Assembly: GCF_003704095.1 (NCBI RefSeq)
Contig: NW_020845755.1
Coordinates: 248,001-312,000 of the forward strand
Origin: Pocillopora damicornis
Taxonomy: Eukaryota
DNA length: 64,000 nt
Direction: 5' to 3'
The notes under the pieces are model-generated. The model saw only the letters and a list, made by a program, of their open reading frames with translations. It ran no database searches and was not told where the DNA came from. Below, piece after piece: positions 35,601 to 47,614 of the stretch. The translations under genes were made by a program, and so were the position numbers. Numbering within the stretch: position 1 is the stretch's first letter; each line of letters begins with the position of its first letter.

Positions 35601-38600
35601 CAATTTGTACTGAAGAAGAAAGCACATCTCAAATCAGTTAGTGATACACAGCCAGTGGCTATCCTTAATTTTTTTTTTTGTCTAAAACTGTGTAGATAAG
35701 CGTTTTGCGTAAAATGTTTAGGACAGTAAGAGAATGACTATAAATTGCAAAATTGTTACAAAGAATCACTGAAACAGACTGCAGTATTTAGGGATTATAA
35801 TTGCACAATTTACCAGGCATGTATCAAATTTCCACAAGTTAGGATTTTGTGGGTTTCCGTTTTACGCAGGTTTTTCTGCACAGTTGTACAGATCGTATGC
35901 AGTACCGCGGACAGTTCCTTTAGTTTGGCGTAAATTTTTTCGCAAAATCACGTTCCATAATCAGTAGAACTAACACTTTTAACAGGTTAACTAAGGATAG
36001 ACAGCGGGCGATAGGAATTACAGTCGTTTCGCCTACGTCTTAAATCTTAAATCTTTTATCTTAATACTCAGTTTTTTTTTGTGAGGTTCAACAAGGACTT
36101 TTAAAAACAATTCAATTTTAACGCTTTGACATACGAATCGTAGGCGAACTGACATATTGGACGTAAGCTAACCGACTCTAGACTTAGGCGAAACGACCGA
36201 TTACCGGCGATAGAGCAGTGCTCCTACTCCGATTTGTTTGGTCTTCTCAGACACAGTCAGATTTTTCTCACCAAGCAACCTAAGTTGCAGCCAATGATTC
36301 TTTCCATTGCATGCGATCGAATATGACGGATAAGGATATGAGAGGGTGCCGTCGCAGCATTATGTGTACCTTGGTTTTCTTCTCACTCTAACAGTCTTAA
36401 AATCAATAATTTTTGGAGCTTAAGGTTCCTGTGAAATTGGCAAAGTGATTTATTTGTGTTGGGTATCGAAAAGCTAGTTCTTAGGAAATCTGTGAATTCT
36501 GTATTGTTTACCTGTAAGCCAGCTTTGTTTATTTTTGTTACCTATCCTTACGTGCTTGAATGTTGTTCCCAGCTCCCTCTGAACTTCCATATGGGAACAG
36601 AATGGGCATCACTGAAAGTAGAAGTGAAACATGAAAAGGGTATCCCTTCCCCTCCCGATTGGCCCAAAACGCTATAAAATCTGCTTGGTAGCAGATATGG
36701 CGCTGGAGAGCCAACTTTGTAGCAGCTTATTGCTTATTCACCACAAATATTTTAATGTACTTTGTTTCTTTTTACAGGCATGCACACCACGTGCTGGAGG
36801 ATCCTGCCATGAATGACATTGTCACCTTTTTTGTTGTATTTGTTTGTTCACCAAACTACATATCAAATCCTTATCTTGTGGCGAAAATTGTCGAGGTTTG
36901 TGAAAATGACTTGTAACCGATTACGTGTTATTTTTCGTGATACGGTTAACCCCTTATCTTTTACTGCAGGATTGTTTAGTCTAGTCAAATTAAAGAAATG
37001 CGCAGTGAAGAGGTTATTTTGACTCAAGCACCAGAGCCAACTGGTCAGCTGTTAAAACTTTTATATTTGCTACCCGTCTGCTAAGATCTGGTGTCCCCTT
37101 CCCCGCACCTCACCTGCGGCGAGTAAACGTTTTTGTTCAGTAATTTTTAAGACACGTCTAAACGAACTTGACAGCCTTCCAGAAAGTTTTTTTCCTGACA
37201 AATTATAAACCGTGTTGATATTCCATTTATTCATGAAAATAAATCACTCTGTGTTAAAGTTCGTTTTTATGGAAAAGTGTTCAACTGACAGCAGCCTTTA
37301 GTTGAGGCTGTTAGTTTTGTTTTTGAACGTTTAAACTTGGTTGAAGCAAAAGATAATGCGGAACAGAAAGCGGAACATGGCATGTGTGGGTCGTCGTCAC
37401 CGGCAGTCATCACGGGATATGATTGTGTACATTTTAGATTGTGGAACTAGATGCCCATTCCCTTCCCTTCTCCATTCCCTTTCGTTTACCAGAGGGGAAT
37501 GGAGAAGAAGATCCCTTAAAGGGTTAATACTGTGACACAACTTTGCCTCACTCCACAGCTGACTGTAAAGGCATCTAATGTTATCTATTGGGGCGGACTG
37601 TTCTGTATTTGTCCTCATGAAAGGAGGTAGCAATGCTGAGCCACTCTTAGGGACAGCTGATCTTACTTGCCAACTAGATCGAGGACCTTTGTCAGATCAA
37701 TGAAAGGGATGTAAATTGCAACTAGTCCTGCAGCGAACGTAGTCAGGAGATCTTATCCACGGTAGATCTGCTTTCTAGAACTGCACTGAAGCTCTGGATA
37801 AATTTGCAAATCGAAGCTTTGCTAGTGTGCCCAGATGACACGGGCGAAGACCTTGCTGACATTTTTGAGGAGGGAAATATCTCTAAAGTTGTTACAATCG
37901 CTACATTCGCCACATTCTTGTATAGGTTCACCAATGTTGGCGTCGCCCATGTCGTATGCAACTTGTTCCTTTACTCAGCACAAGCTCTGGAGCTCATGTA
38001 GGGGCTATCGTAGTGATGGTTTGCCTCTATTTAGGAGCACAGGCTGTTTGCCGTCTTTCTCAGAGGTTTCTTTGCAAATGAGATGGTCTACAGCTTTTCT
38101 TACCTCTTCTGTTGTAGGCTAGTTATGGGACTCTTAGATAATAGTAAGAGTGAGTAGAGCATCCAAGGCGGCATTAGTCACCGCGTTCTGGGTTCCATAA
38201 AGCTTAAAGTGGTGCTCAACCAAGCGTTGGAGTTGCTCGCCTAAAAACTCTTTGAATTGGCAAAACATGTTTCTCGCCTTGCTGCACATGGAGGTTTTAT
38301 GTGACAAGGTTGCGTCACCTGTGATAAAACCTTTTAACAAAAACTGTCCAAATACTACAATGCAAGAGTCACGTTTCGCGTCTTTAACCAGCGTTCATAA
38401 TTGTGGATATTCATGTTGCGTTTTGCCATCGATATCGTGTTACTTATTTGCTTTGGAAAAAACTTCCGTGCTCTAAAATGGAGCCTGATCCGCCATTTTT
38501 TTCAAGTCGCTATAGTCATGCAAATAAAGCTGATTGTTGTCGTTACTTCAGAATAGCAAATCCGTGTTAGCTTTTATGTGAACTTTTTCGGAAAAATTTA

Positions 38601-41600
38601 GCAATTTCCGCCGATGAATAACTTAAGTGCGAACAAAAAAATTTCCCAAATCATCAACCAGGAGCCAAATACTCTATTCCCCTATTTTCTCCTGGGTAGA
38701 GCCCAGTATCAACATGAGTGTTTTGCACTTCAGGTATTGTTTGTGATGAATCCCAGCATTCAACCAGCAGCCTCAAAGATCCATGAGATGATTGTCTCTC
38801 ATCCATTGGCGTTGGACCATTTAGCCCCAGCACTTATGAATTTTTATACAGGTACATACTCCTCTGTCACAAAATATTTGTCTATTATTCGTCCATTTCT
38901 TGGACCTTTTATGTATTACATAACATTAGCACTGATTTTTATCGTTCGATAGACTTACTAGTTGTTCATAGGCGTTTATTAGCGGCATTTTCCGTCGGCT
39001 GGGAGCGGGAGCTCGCTGGGAGTTGGTCTGTCTCACGCAATCCCATTTATTTTTCCAGTTAAATTTTACATTTTTGCCCTTGAAGTTATGAAAAAATTAT
39101 TCAGATTAAGACAAAGGGGACAAGGTGTCATCGCTTTCATAGGGGAGAAGCAAAGTACGAGTTGAGGTCTCGGTGACGTACGGTAAAAGTCTTTAAAGAA
39201 ATAGATGAGAAGAAACTCAACTGACTCTCTGTGCTCTATCGGAAATTATTGTAATAACTCTCGAAAACCGTCAAAACAAGGCACATTCTGACACAACGGC
39301 CAATTCACCAAAATCACTCAGGTACGGAAACAAAACGTCCGGTTTATGGTAAAATACTGATTATCTGCGTTTTCTTTTTAATTGACTTCTCTGTTTGATT
39401 TGCAGATGTAGAAACGACTGGCAGCTCAAATGAGTTTTATGATAAGTTTAGTATAAGATATCACATTTCCATAATCATGAAAAGTTTATGGCAAGATGTG
39501 GGCCACAGGGGAGCCATCATGAAGCAAAGCAGGTGAACCTAAAACTATAATATTGTGTCTCGTTGAACGTCTTAATCATTGCGAAAAGTCTTTGGCGACT
39601 GTTAAACAAAAGCAATGCTTATACTATCCCTCAAACAAACCACGATGGCCACGGACACGAGGACGTACCAAAACAAAACGTCTTATAGGAATGTGCGACA
39701 GCTCGGCCTCTTTTTTGACACTTTCAAGATCTTCTTTTTGGAGATTTCCAACCTAACAGCATTAAGTTTAGGCTAGGCAGAACCTCATTAGTATGTTAAT
39801 GTCAGGTTAAGTCGCATGTTTTGTATCCATTTTAGGACGGTTCAGTTTGTTCGCTTTGTAAACATGTTGATTAATGACACAACATTTCTGCTGGATGAAT
39901 CCTTGGATTCATTAAAAAGCATCAATGAAACTCAGCAGATGATGGCCAATGTAGCAGACTGGGAGGCATTACCAAGGGTAAGTCTGTGTGTGTTTGGGGT
40001 GTCACATGATGACACACGCAACCAAAAAAGCACAAAAACTGAGTTTTAAATACAATCGTTAATGGTTATCGTTGTCCTGCTACAGTTTTGATAATAGCGT
40101 AAATCTTTTGTTTGAAAGGGCGTCGTTATCCATGTAGACGAGGTATGGACACACAAACAAAACAAAAAAACAACTGGCTTTACGTTCAAAATAGTGTATG
40201 GCACTGTTGTAACAACTGAACTCTCAATACTTTTGAGACGAGCCCAGACGAGCTATTTTCTTTTTTTTTGTTTTGTTTTTTTCCCTTTTTTTGAGAAGTC
40301 AACATAATGATTGAAAATAATCGCAAGGAAAATGGTGTTCATTACCCCAGGAATACAAGCTAATTTGACTTTGATCTGTTGACAGGACATGCGTACCTCT
40401 CGTCTTCGACAACTTTCCACTGACGAGCGGCAGTGCCGGTCTTATCTTACCCTTGCCTCGGAGACATTAGATATGATGCTTTACCTCACTAAACATGTAC
40501 AGGCGCCTTTTCTTAGGCCGGTAAGTTTCAACAGATTTTACATTTGTCTTCTTTTAAGGTTAAAGGATTGTGGTATGACGTCGTTTAAGTGGCTGGGGCG
40601 TTAGCCACGTTCTGGCCATTTGCCTTACCAGGACAACGATCATATTCAGTTGTATGTATCCCTCGAGGGATGCGATGTGCTTCCGAATGTCATATCTACT
40701 GTGTTAAGACGACAGTCGAATCAGAATTTCATTGGCTGGAATTCGTTCTATGTTATATTTTACTGTCTCAATTAGTTAGGTGCCATTGGAACAAACGCGT
40801 TGCATTTTCTGTAAGTTTATATTGGATTTAGAGTTTTGGTCAATATCGGCAGTGCGACTGTGAGAGTGTTACGAAAACCAGGCTAGCGTGTATGTCCTTG
40901 TTTCAGTCACTGAAGGCGTGAAATCATACAAATCTTTGTACCGGTCTTCCAACTTTTCGCTTATTTTCTTATTTGCAGGAATTGATTGATCGAATAGCTG
41001 CTATGTTGAATTTTAACCTACAACAACTTTGTGGACCGAAGTGCAGGAATTTAAAGGTAATATTTTGTCACTGGATTGATCCTGTACCAGAGCAAGTGGG
41101 GGCTTTAGCAAACCTGTATTGGCGGGTTATAGTTAGAAATCGGTTTAAGGACAGATGTTATAGCAGTTTCATTCATTATTTTACGATGGCGTCGATCTTT
41201 CTGCAGGTTAAAAACCCAGAAAAATATGGATTTGAACCCAAGACTCTTCTGGATAGATTAACACAGATTTATGTGAATCTAGACTCGGAAGAATTTGCAA
41301 AAGCTGTTGCTGGTGACCAGGTATGAAAAGAATCAATAATTCGTAACGTCTGGATGTGGTGTTATTCAATTTTATGAACAGTGATAACGAACTTCCAGTT
41401 ACACCTAATTACAAAAACTTTTACCGAAAAAAGCAAAAACATGGGAAAAGCCAAATAAGCACAATTAGCATATATAACTTGATTACGTTGTGGTTTTTAG
41501 CTGGTTTTCAAACAATTTCCACTGAAATATTCCCACAAACTTTCTGAGATTATCAGATGTATGTTCACAACTGTCGAGCGATTCCTAAAATGAAGTTGGT

Positions 41601-44044
41601 TTCTAAGTTTGCAAAATATCAGCGTTTGGGCGCATTATGAAATAACTATCTTCTTGACTGTTGTTTAAATTGCACCCTCAGGTAAGCATAAGCTCGGATA
41701 ATTCGATCACTTCAAAAAGGAAATGATTTTTGAGAATTTCGTGGCATTTCAAAACAAGTATCAAATACTCATTGGATTTGTATGATCTTTCTGTGGGAAT
41801 TTAGTCAATATTTCGGACTACTAGGGTGAGCGGAGTGCATGCAGAACACTAACAGCGGAGCGGAGTACCATGCAGAACACTAACAATTTTCGGAAACGTT
41901 TGACATGTCTAGACAAACACCAGATACTCTAAAAAGCCTGAAAGAACCCATCAGTGGAAATTCAGTGGAAATTGCCCGGCTGCCGGGCTTACAATCACAG
42001 GATAATTTTATAAGCGTTTTACTCCTACTTGTATTTTTCCTTTTTAAGTATTGCTTTTTGATTTTTGTTTTTTTCCATGACTTTATGGCTATGAGATGTG
42101 CATTTAAATTCGTCAATTGACAGTTTAAACATCTGAAAATTTTTATGGTACCACACTGATTTCCAATGAACTACTTAGTTAGACAGTCCACGTGTTCAAG
42201 CCGGCAATTTAAACCTTTACGGATTTCTCTCCTTTTTCAGCGATCATATAGGAGAGAATTATTTTCCGACGCCGCGAAACATCTTCACAAAACCTTGCTG
42301 AAGACAGAGGTAAGAACTGGGCGCACGTAACGGAATTTGAAAGGACTGAATTCTTCAAATTTGACCTTGCTGCACAATATTTGCTTTCGTTTTCTCTTCA
42401 TTACACCGTCAACCGTTGAGTAAGTTGGGTTTGCATGAAGAACAGTTTGTACCACCAACAAAGTTATTATCATCACATCATTTGTTGTAAATTTTTTCAG
42501 GCAGAGATTTACCGGTTTAAAGAATTTGCCTCAAAGGTAGAAATCAAAGCTGCCGAAAACGCTGCTCGCAATGAGGACTATGATGATGCACCGGATGAGT
42601 TTAAAGGTATTGACGCATACCTTGCGAAAGGATCTTTATTCAGACCCAAAAAGTCTTATGTTGTGTGGAAATGAAGTTGATAACTGAACACAACATATCA
42701 AACAGAACGCTACTCGAAAGTTGTTAACAGTCTTCTCTACGATGCCAGTTGCGATTAAGATTGAGCTGACTGTTTGATGACTAAATCAAGTGACACTTGA
42801 GCTACTGCTCTCTTGTTCTATGTCGGGGCAAGGTACTTTTCAACTTGGTTGTTATCGGCCTTTGCTTTCAGGACTTCACTCAACTTCAAATATCCAGTAT
42901 ACTTTTGAATTGGGGTGTTGCTAAATGTTTGCAGAGAAGCATGTAAATGAATTTTTTTTTTCGTCACAGATCCTCTCATGATGACGCTCATGCTTGAGCC
43001 TGTGATCCTACCAACTAGTGGTAAAATTATGGATAGGGCAGTTATCACGCGCCATTTATTAAACTCTGACACGGATCCTTTTAATCGACAACCACTTACA
43101 ACTGACATGCTACAGCCAGGTGGGTCACACAATAACAATGATCTATAGTGACACCTATTGCTCACTTATTACATACCTTTTGCAAACTAGTTGATTGAGT
43201 GGGTTATTAGTTGAAATCAACAGGGTAATTAAGTTTTATCAACTGAGTTGATAACGTCAATTGGCCGCCGTAAAGAGTTTTAAAGCTGAAGTTTCGAGCG
43301 CTAGCCCTTCGTCAGAACGAATGGAGCAATTGTGGGTTGTGCCGGTGTGTGTTTACATGCAGAAAATGGAGCTACGCTATTGGTGTAAACATGGTAACGG
43401 GAAAATAAGAATTCAAGAGAACAAGAGTTCGGCTTTCCGAACTGCCAAGCCTCAAAATTCTAAAACAAAAATTTATCTTTCAAATCGGTGCTCTTAATCC
43501 CCACGGTTTCAACGAGCGCTTTTCATTCAACTAATTTATTCTAGTTTTCCCGTCACCATATTTACACCTCCATTCGGTCTGACGAAGGGTTAACGCTCGA
43601 AACGTCAGCTTTAAAACTCTTTACGGCGGCCAATTTACGTTATCAACTCAGTTGATAATACTTAATTACCCTGTTATACTCTTCATCTGACGCAGCACCA
43701 CAGTTTCTTTAGAACTTAACCCTTTTATTATTTTAAATTAATTGGGTGATCTTCAGTACTGAGGATGAGAAAAAAATACGAAAAGAGCGGCAGTCTTTCT
43801 TTTTTTTCTTGACAACCGACTCTATGAAACGCATCCGTTCAATAGACGATACATGAACAAGAAATATACTGTATCCGAAGGCCTGCATAACCACCACAGT
43901 GCGGAATAAAAACCATGCATTATGTATCTAATACCTAAACATAATCACTGAATTTCCTGTAACGAATATTTCTATCCATTGTTAGCGACTGAACTCAGGA
44001 TACAGATAGAGGAGTGGCTACAAAACCGCCAAAGAGAGGATTAA
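20637..44044 (+). CDS. UBE4B: Ubiquitin conjugation factor E4 B (UFD2 core plus U-box), about 1114 aa, 28 coding exons
   Basis: Exons 20637-20660 (MSELPPDE), 22985-23290 (VRRRRLARL), 23985-24050, 26004-26079, 26451-26755, 28272-28372, 28492-28612, 29633-29716, 30121-30183, 30724-30843, 31123-31212, 31939-32052, 32512-32601 (SDGFMLN), 33538-33643, 34240-34475 (KFPTECFF), 34606-34733, 35228-35326, 36778-36895 (NPYLVAK), 38734-38851, 39406-39532 ([10 protein letters not shown]), 39836-39977 ([17 protein letters not shown]), 40386-40520, 40979-41056, 41207-41320 ([11 protein letters not shown]), 42241-42309, 42501-42606, 42970-43119 (U-box DPLMMTLM...DPFNRQPL), 43986-44044. Total 3345 nt, phases consistent. 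Confidence 0.95.
21590..22170 (+). mobile_element. Penelope-like element reverse transcriptase remnant in UBE4B intron 1
   Basis: Decayed translation [28 protein letters not shown]...YIED...[15 protein letters not shown]...[19 protein letters not shown] matches PLE RT motifs; contains stops and deletions. Confidence 0.8.
23619..23760 (+). mobile_element. tRNA-derived SINE-like fragment
   Basis: GTAGTCCAGTGGTCAGTGCACTGGACTCC...CCCGGGTTCTAGTCC gives A-box/B-box-like spacing and resembles a degenerate tRNA; an A-rich tract follows. No intact cloverleaf. Confidence 0.45.
24143..24183 (-). ncRNA. Minimal type I hammerhead ribozyme motif (PLE pseudo-LTR copy, antisense to UBE4B)
   Basis: Reverse complement CCC-CUGAAGA-GUGAA-GCGA-UUCAU-GAAAC-AGGCUU-GUC-GGG. 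Core intact; the base pair of stem II is G-U rather than G-C. Confidence 0.75.
25381..25421 (+). ncRNA. Minimal type I hammerhead ribozyme motif (sense to UBE4B pre-mRNA)
   Basis: CCC-CUGAAGA-GUGAA-GCGA-UUCAC-GAAAC-AGGCUU-GUC-GGG: CUGANGA and GAAA cores, 5-bp stem II with GNRA loop, near-palindromic stem III (ACAGGCUUGU), GUC cleavage triplet ending at 25418, CCC/GGG stem I. Confidence 0.85.
25521..25592. repeat. (TA)n and (TATG)n microsatellites
   Basis: TATATATATATATA at 25521-25534 and about 8 TATG units at 25561-25592. Confidence 0.9.
27139..27342. mobile_element. piggyBac-type MITE (CMITE-like), 204 bp, TTAA TSD, perfect 14-bp TIR
   Basis: TTAA|CCCTTTCACTCCCA...TGGGAGTGAAAGGG|TTAA. Confidence 0.9.
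27368..27736. repeat. Tandem duplication of a unit of about 184 bp
   Basis: TGAACCAGG[T/C]CAGATGGGCAGGTTCAC...GATATTTCTGACACATCCAT occurs twice head-to-tail with scattered substitutions. Confidence 0.9.
31515..31632 (+). repeat. Degenerate fragment of the PLE terminal repeat seen at 43590-43715
   Basis: CGAAATGTCAGC...AACTCTTTATGGTGGCCAAT...TCAACTCAGGTGATAA...TGTTATAC...CTGACGCAACACCACA aligns by eye to 43598-43702. Confidence 0.65.
33197..33462. mobile_element. Foldback/palindromic MITE, about 265 bp
   Basis: Termini AGCCTTTTGCAGGCGT...ACGCTTGGAACAGGCT; internal arms such as GGAGGCTTGAGTCGGCTTGCGTAAAGGAGGGAAGCTTGG / CCAAGCCTCCCTCCTTTACGCAACCCGACCTAAGCCTCC are complementary. Confidence 0.8.
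33877..34156. mobile_element. Degenerate MITE-like repeat
   Basis: AGAGCCGTTTTCAAATGA...TCGAGTCAAAACTGCT imperfect inverted termini; internal GATTGG/CCAATC motifs. Confidence 0.5.
36019..36203. mobile_element. Short TIR element (MITE)
   Basis: GTCGTTTCGCCTA...TAGGCGAAACGAC 13-bp inverted repeat, with internal TAGGCGAAC repeat. Confidence 0.65.
37530..38340 (-). mobile_element. Decayed RTE-clade non-LTR retrotransposon RT fragment in UBE4B intron 18
   Basis: Minus-strand fragments [81 protein letters not shown] follow the order of RTE RT motifs; many stops and frameshifts. Confidence 0.8.
43219..43720. mobile_element. Second Penelope-like 3' remnant with inverted terminal repeat, last intron of UBE4B
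   Basis: Arms 43219-43328 and 43568-43675 are inverted copies of about 110 bp. 43463-43534 (+) encodes [23 protein letters not shown], resembling the C-terminus of a PLE GIY-YIG domain. Each arm holds the palindrome TTATCAACT[G/C]AGTTGATAA. Confidence 0.8.
43575..43610 (+). ncRNA. Variant minimal hammerhead-like motif; mirror copy at about 43284-43317 (-)
   Basis: CUGACGA-A-GGG-UUAACG-CUC-GAAAC-GUC-AGC. Core boxes present with an extra A, stem III reduced to palindromic ACGU, weak stem I. The mirror copy has GAAACUUC. Confidence 0.55.
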
Positions 44045-45874
44045 TCATGAGAGCAAACAGTGACCTCTACCAATTTGCTTTTCCACGTTACCAAAGCGTG
44101 GAGGATCTCTTTGCTCATCAAGCAAGGAAAAGTGCTTCATTGATTATGCTCACGGGTGTTATTTTTTTTTTTTGCCATGTTTTGGGAAATAAAGGTCGAT
44201 CATCTTCCTCAGTTTACTTTGATCCTTTGTAATCAAAATAAGAGCTTTTTTTAGTTACAGTGGATCTCAAAAGACTACCTGACTCAGTCAAGTACACCGA
44301 TAATTCCTTTTGAAATACGTGTCAAAGATAACCGCTACTTTTTATTTGCTTGAAATTATTTCAGTCACTGTTTATCCTCTCCGCTTAAAGAACCGCTGCC
44401 TTTCTCAAAAAAATATAAACACGAGAAACCATCTCTTGAGCGGGTTGAACGATGTTTCAAAGTAATGCCAATAATCAAGAGGCAGGTTCGTTCCATCAAT
44501 TAACTACCATTATTCAGCAAAACTATTTTTATGTATATTATATTTACTGAGGAGAGTTTCAATCAATTATATCTCTTTTGTTTGATGTCCACAAAAAACA
44601 CTGTAAGGTGGTGTAATTGTTATGAACGGTTGTGTTAGTTTCTATGTCATGTGATATTGGGTGGAAGGGCTGGGTTATGCTACACGTGCAGACACAAAAA
44701 TGCTACGATACTACAGTACTCACCGGTCTAGGTAGGCCTCTGGTTTTGCCTACGCAAAGGTCAAACGCAAAGGCATATATACACTCAGAGGTAATGTTCC
44801 AAATATTGTCTGATAAAGCTGTCGACGACGCCACGATGACGTGATCGACAGCTGTTTAGGACTAGAAATCGGCCAAGGGTGCTGGGGAGTATCTTTAAGG
44901 CAAACAATGGGAGCCAAGTATAACCTGAGGTAAAGTTTGCTGATAAAACGAAAGAATTAGGACTACGTCCAATTTATAAAAAAAATTTTCTCAAACTACA
45001 CAAGCTTGCACTTGAGCATAACCTAAGACATGTTGAGAACAATTGTCAGATTCTCATCTTGTCCGTCTTGGGGAAAAAAGCACTCGGACAATCTCTACGT
45101 ATCATACGTTCCTTACATTTACGTATGACATGAACGTCCCCTTCCATATTTGCACTTTCGTTTGCGTTGGTGCATGTGCGCCACACATACCAATTTCTGC
45201 TTACATTATAAACGCTGTCTGAGCGTATCCTTTATCGTAGAGATAATTCCTGGATCATTCATGCTGTGAATCTATTCTGATTAGGTAAGAATGAAAACAA
45301 GTCACTGAATTAACTCGCCTCTACTTGACCTCTTTACGAATGTAGTCCTTCTAGGGAAATATATAAAAATTATTGCATGCATGGATCTCGGCGTATGATA
45401 TGCGGCAAACCTAGGTACGGCTTACGAATTACAGCTAACTAAACTAACTAATGTAACGCGTACATTTGAATAGTGAATAATACTGTTCCTTCAGAGGTAT
45501 AATTCAAATTATTAACTTCGCTCCCAAAACATTTCCACAGTTAGTAAGCCAATTTTTTCAAGCTCTCTTAATAGTACTGCCATTTTCTCCTCCTTTCCTC
45601 TCGATCACCTCTCGTGCACCTCATATCTTCTCTTTGTTAGTTAATACATCTGGTAAAGTTGATCAGAGAACAGTTGTCTTTACGACTAAACAAAAATAGC
45701 ATCTTTGGCCACTTATTAATTAGCTTAAGTCCTAAATTCTTTTTTAATTATTTTTTCCACCTAAGAAGCGACAATGTAGTAAGGAACTAAGCTACCACTA
45801 GCGGTCAAAACTGAATACTGAGATTGTGTTGCATACATCATCAAATTCAACAATGGAAGAGGCTTTTTCAATTT

Positions 45875-46708
45875 TCATCGTCTATTGGACGGAGAGTTGA
45901 ACGATTCTTTGATATCAGCCACCTGACCTCGAAGTGTAACAGCCAGCCAAATGGTTATGATCTGTAGCAGTAGTATGCCGAACGACGAAATCCCGATAGT
46001 AATGAGATTGTTTTTGAACCAGTTAACAGCGATCGTCAGACAACCAGTTGTATAGATCCTCTTCTCTCGCTCGATGGAATCCATTCTTCCGACTCCATAC
46101 CCACACTGGCTGTTAATCCTGTCTTCTTCAGTCTTACAGCATGTTTTCGGCACTCCGCACGCCTCTGCCCCCGGCGAAGAACAGTTGTAGTATAGGTTAG
46201 CCTGCCAGTCTTCATGCGAGGTGATTCCGCAACATTTGAATTCAGTTTGTACTGTCTCAATAATCAGCTGTAAGTCTGGTTTATCTGGTTCACGGTAAAG
46301 ATTAATTGCATCGTTTAATTTTTTTCGGATGTTCTCCTCCACCTTTTCGCGGAAGATGAAGCCCAAAGCGCCACAAGCAACTTCGATTAACAAAAGCACG
46401 CCAACAATGATGGCATAACAGCATAACATGCAAGTGTTCTCTCGTAAAGCGCCTAGACATCCGAGGAAGGTAATGAGAAACAATAATCCGCCGAGAATCA
46501 CGAACAGCACTGCAGGATCAAACGACAAATCGCTCAAACTTTGGTAATCTACGTCTTTGTCGACCATCATGTACACTCCGACTCCAAGGATTAAGATCGC
46601 AGCTAACCAGAAAAGAACATTTAAGAAAAACAGCGAGAACTTGATGCATTTTGAAGGATCTTCTGGAGAACTGGATCTTGGACCAATTCTACGGCCTTTG
46701 TTTTGCAT
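45875..46708 (-). CDS. Tetraspanin, TspanC8 subgroup (TSPAN5/14/17/33-like), 277 aa, single coding exon
   Basis: Four hydrophobic segments, GCLGALREN, and a large loop with CCG, NLYYNC, CGVP.TCC, CG and GC, totalling 8 Cys. Confidence 0.93.
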   Translation of the reverse strand: MQNKGRRIGPRSSSPEDPSKCIKFSLFFLNVLFWLAAILILGVGVYMMVDKDVDYQSLSDLSFDPAVLFVILGGLLFLITFLGCLGALRENTCMLCCYAIIVGVLLLIEVACGALGFIFREKVEENIRKKLNDAINLYREPDKPDLQLIIETVQTEFKCCGITSHEDWQANLYYNCSSPGAEACGVPKTCCKTEEDRINSQCGYGVGRMDSIEREKRIYTTGCLTIAVNWFKNNLITIGISSFGILLLQIITIWLAVTLRGQVADIKESFNSPSNRR

Positions 46709-47614
46709 CTTTATTAAGATGGTTTCCTTATGTTAATTTGCCTTGCGGAAATCTGTTTATAGAGTTGGATAAACTCGGCTGAAATATAGTTTGCCTAGCT
46801 CGCTTGATATCCTGCCTTTAATTGCTTGACTAAGACTGAAGATTACGGGTACAGAGGAACAAATTAAATCCCTTTCGTTCGTCTTGCTTGGCTCGATGCT
46901 CGGAGGACTTTGGCAGCTGAGAGACTTGACAAGGACTACAAACGATCCTCGACCTCGACCTCGTTCGTCTGATTCTTGATTAAAATTTTCTTTTAAGCTC
47001 CGAATCAATTGCCAACAACTGTAAAAGAAATACACTGTATTTAGGACCTAGGAAATAAACTTCGTTCGGTAAAAACAATGTTGAAATGTCGCCCTTCTAT
47101 CACACGGGCAAATATCCCCGCGCGATTTGCAGTGGGACTTGATGACAGCTGCAGAAACGGTTTAAAACTTACCACAACCAAAGGAAAGTTAAAGTTTGAC
47201 CGAAAATTGATAAAATTGCAAGGAGCCTGAACCTCCGACGGGTCGTATTCGATAAAAAGTTGACAGGAAAACTGAATCGATTTAAGTTTATCGGGAGTCT
47301 CTTTTAAAAGAAATTTGCATAAAAGAATGCGCAATATGTGACCAACAGTGTTGATGACTTAGCAACCCAAGAAATCTGAATATTCATTTCATGTGTTGTT
47401 GAAATAATTCTCTCCTTAGGCTTAATGACGTCATAGTGTTAAGATTAGATCAAGAGTTTAATGAACAATAGGAACAACATTAATTAAAAGTAGGTAGAAC
47501 TCATCAAAGGTTGCTCTTCACATTTATGTGTTCTACTCAGTCTCTAAGATGAAGTCGCGCGGTCGTTCGCCTAAACCTTGTTCATTTCACGAGGACATTA
47601 ACGAGTTATTCTTA

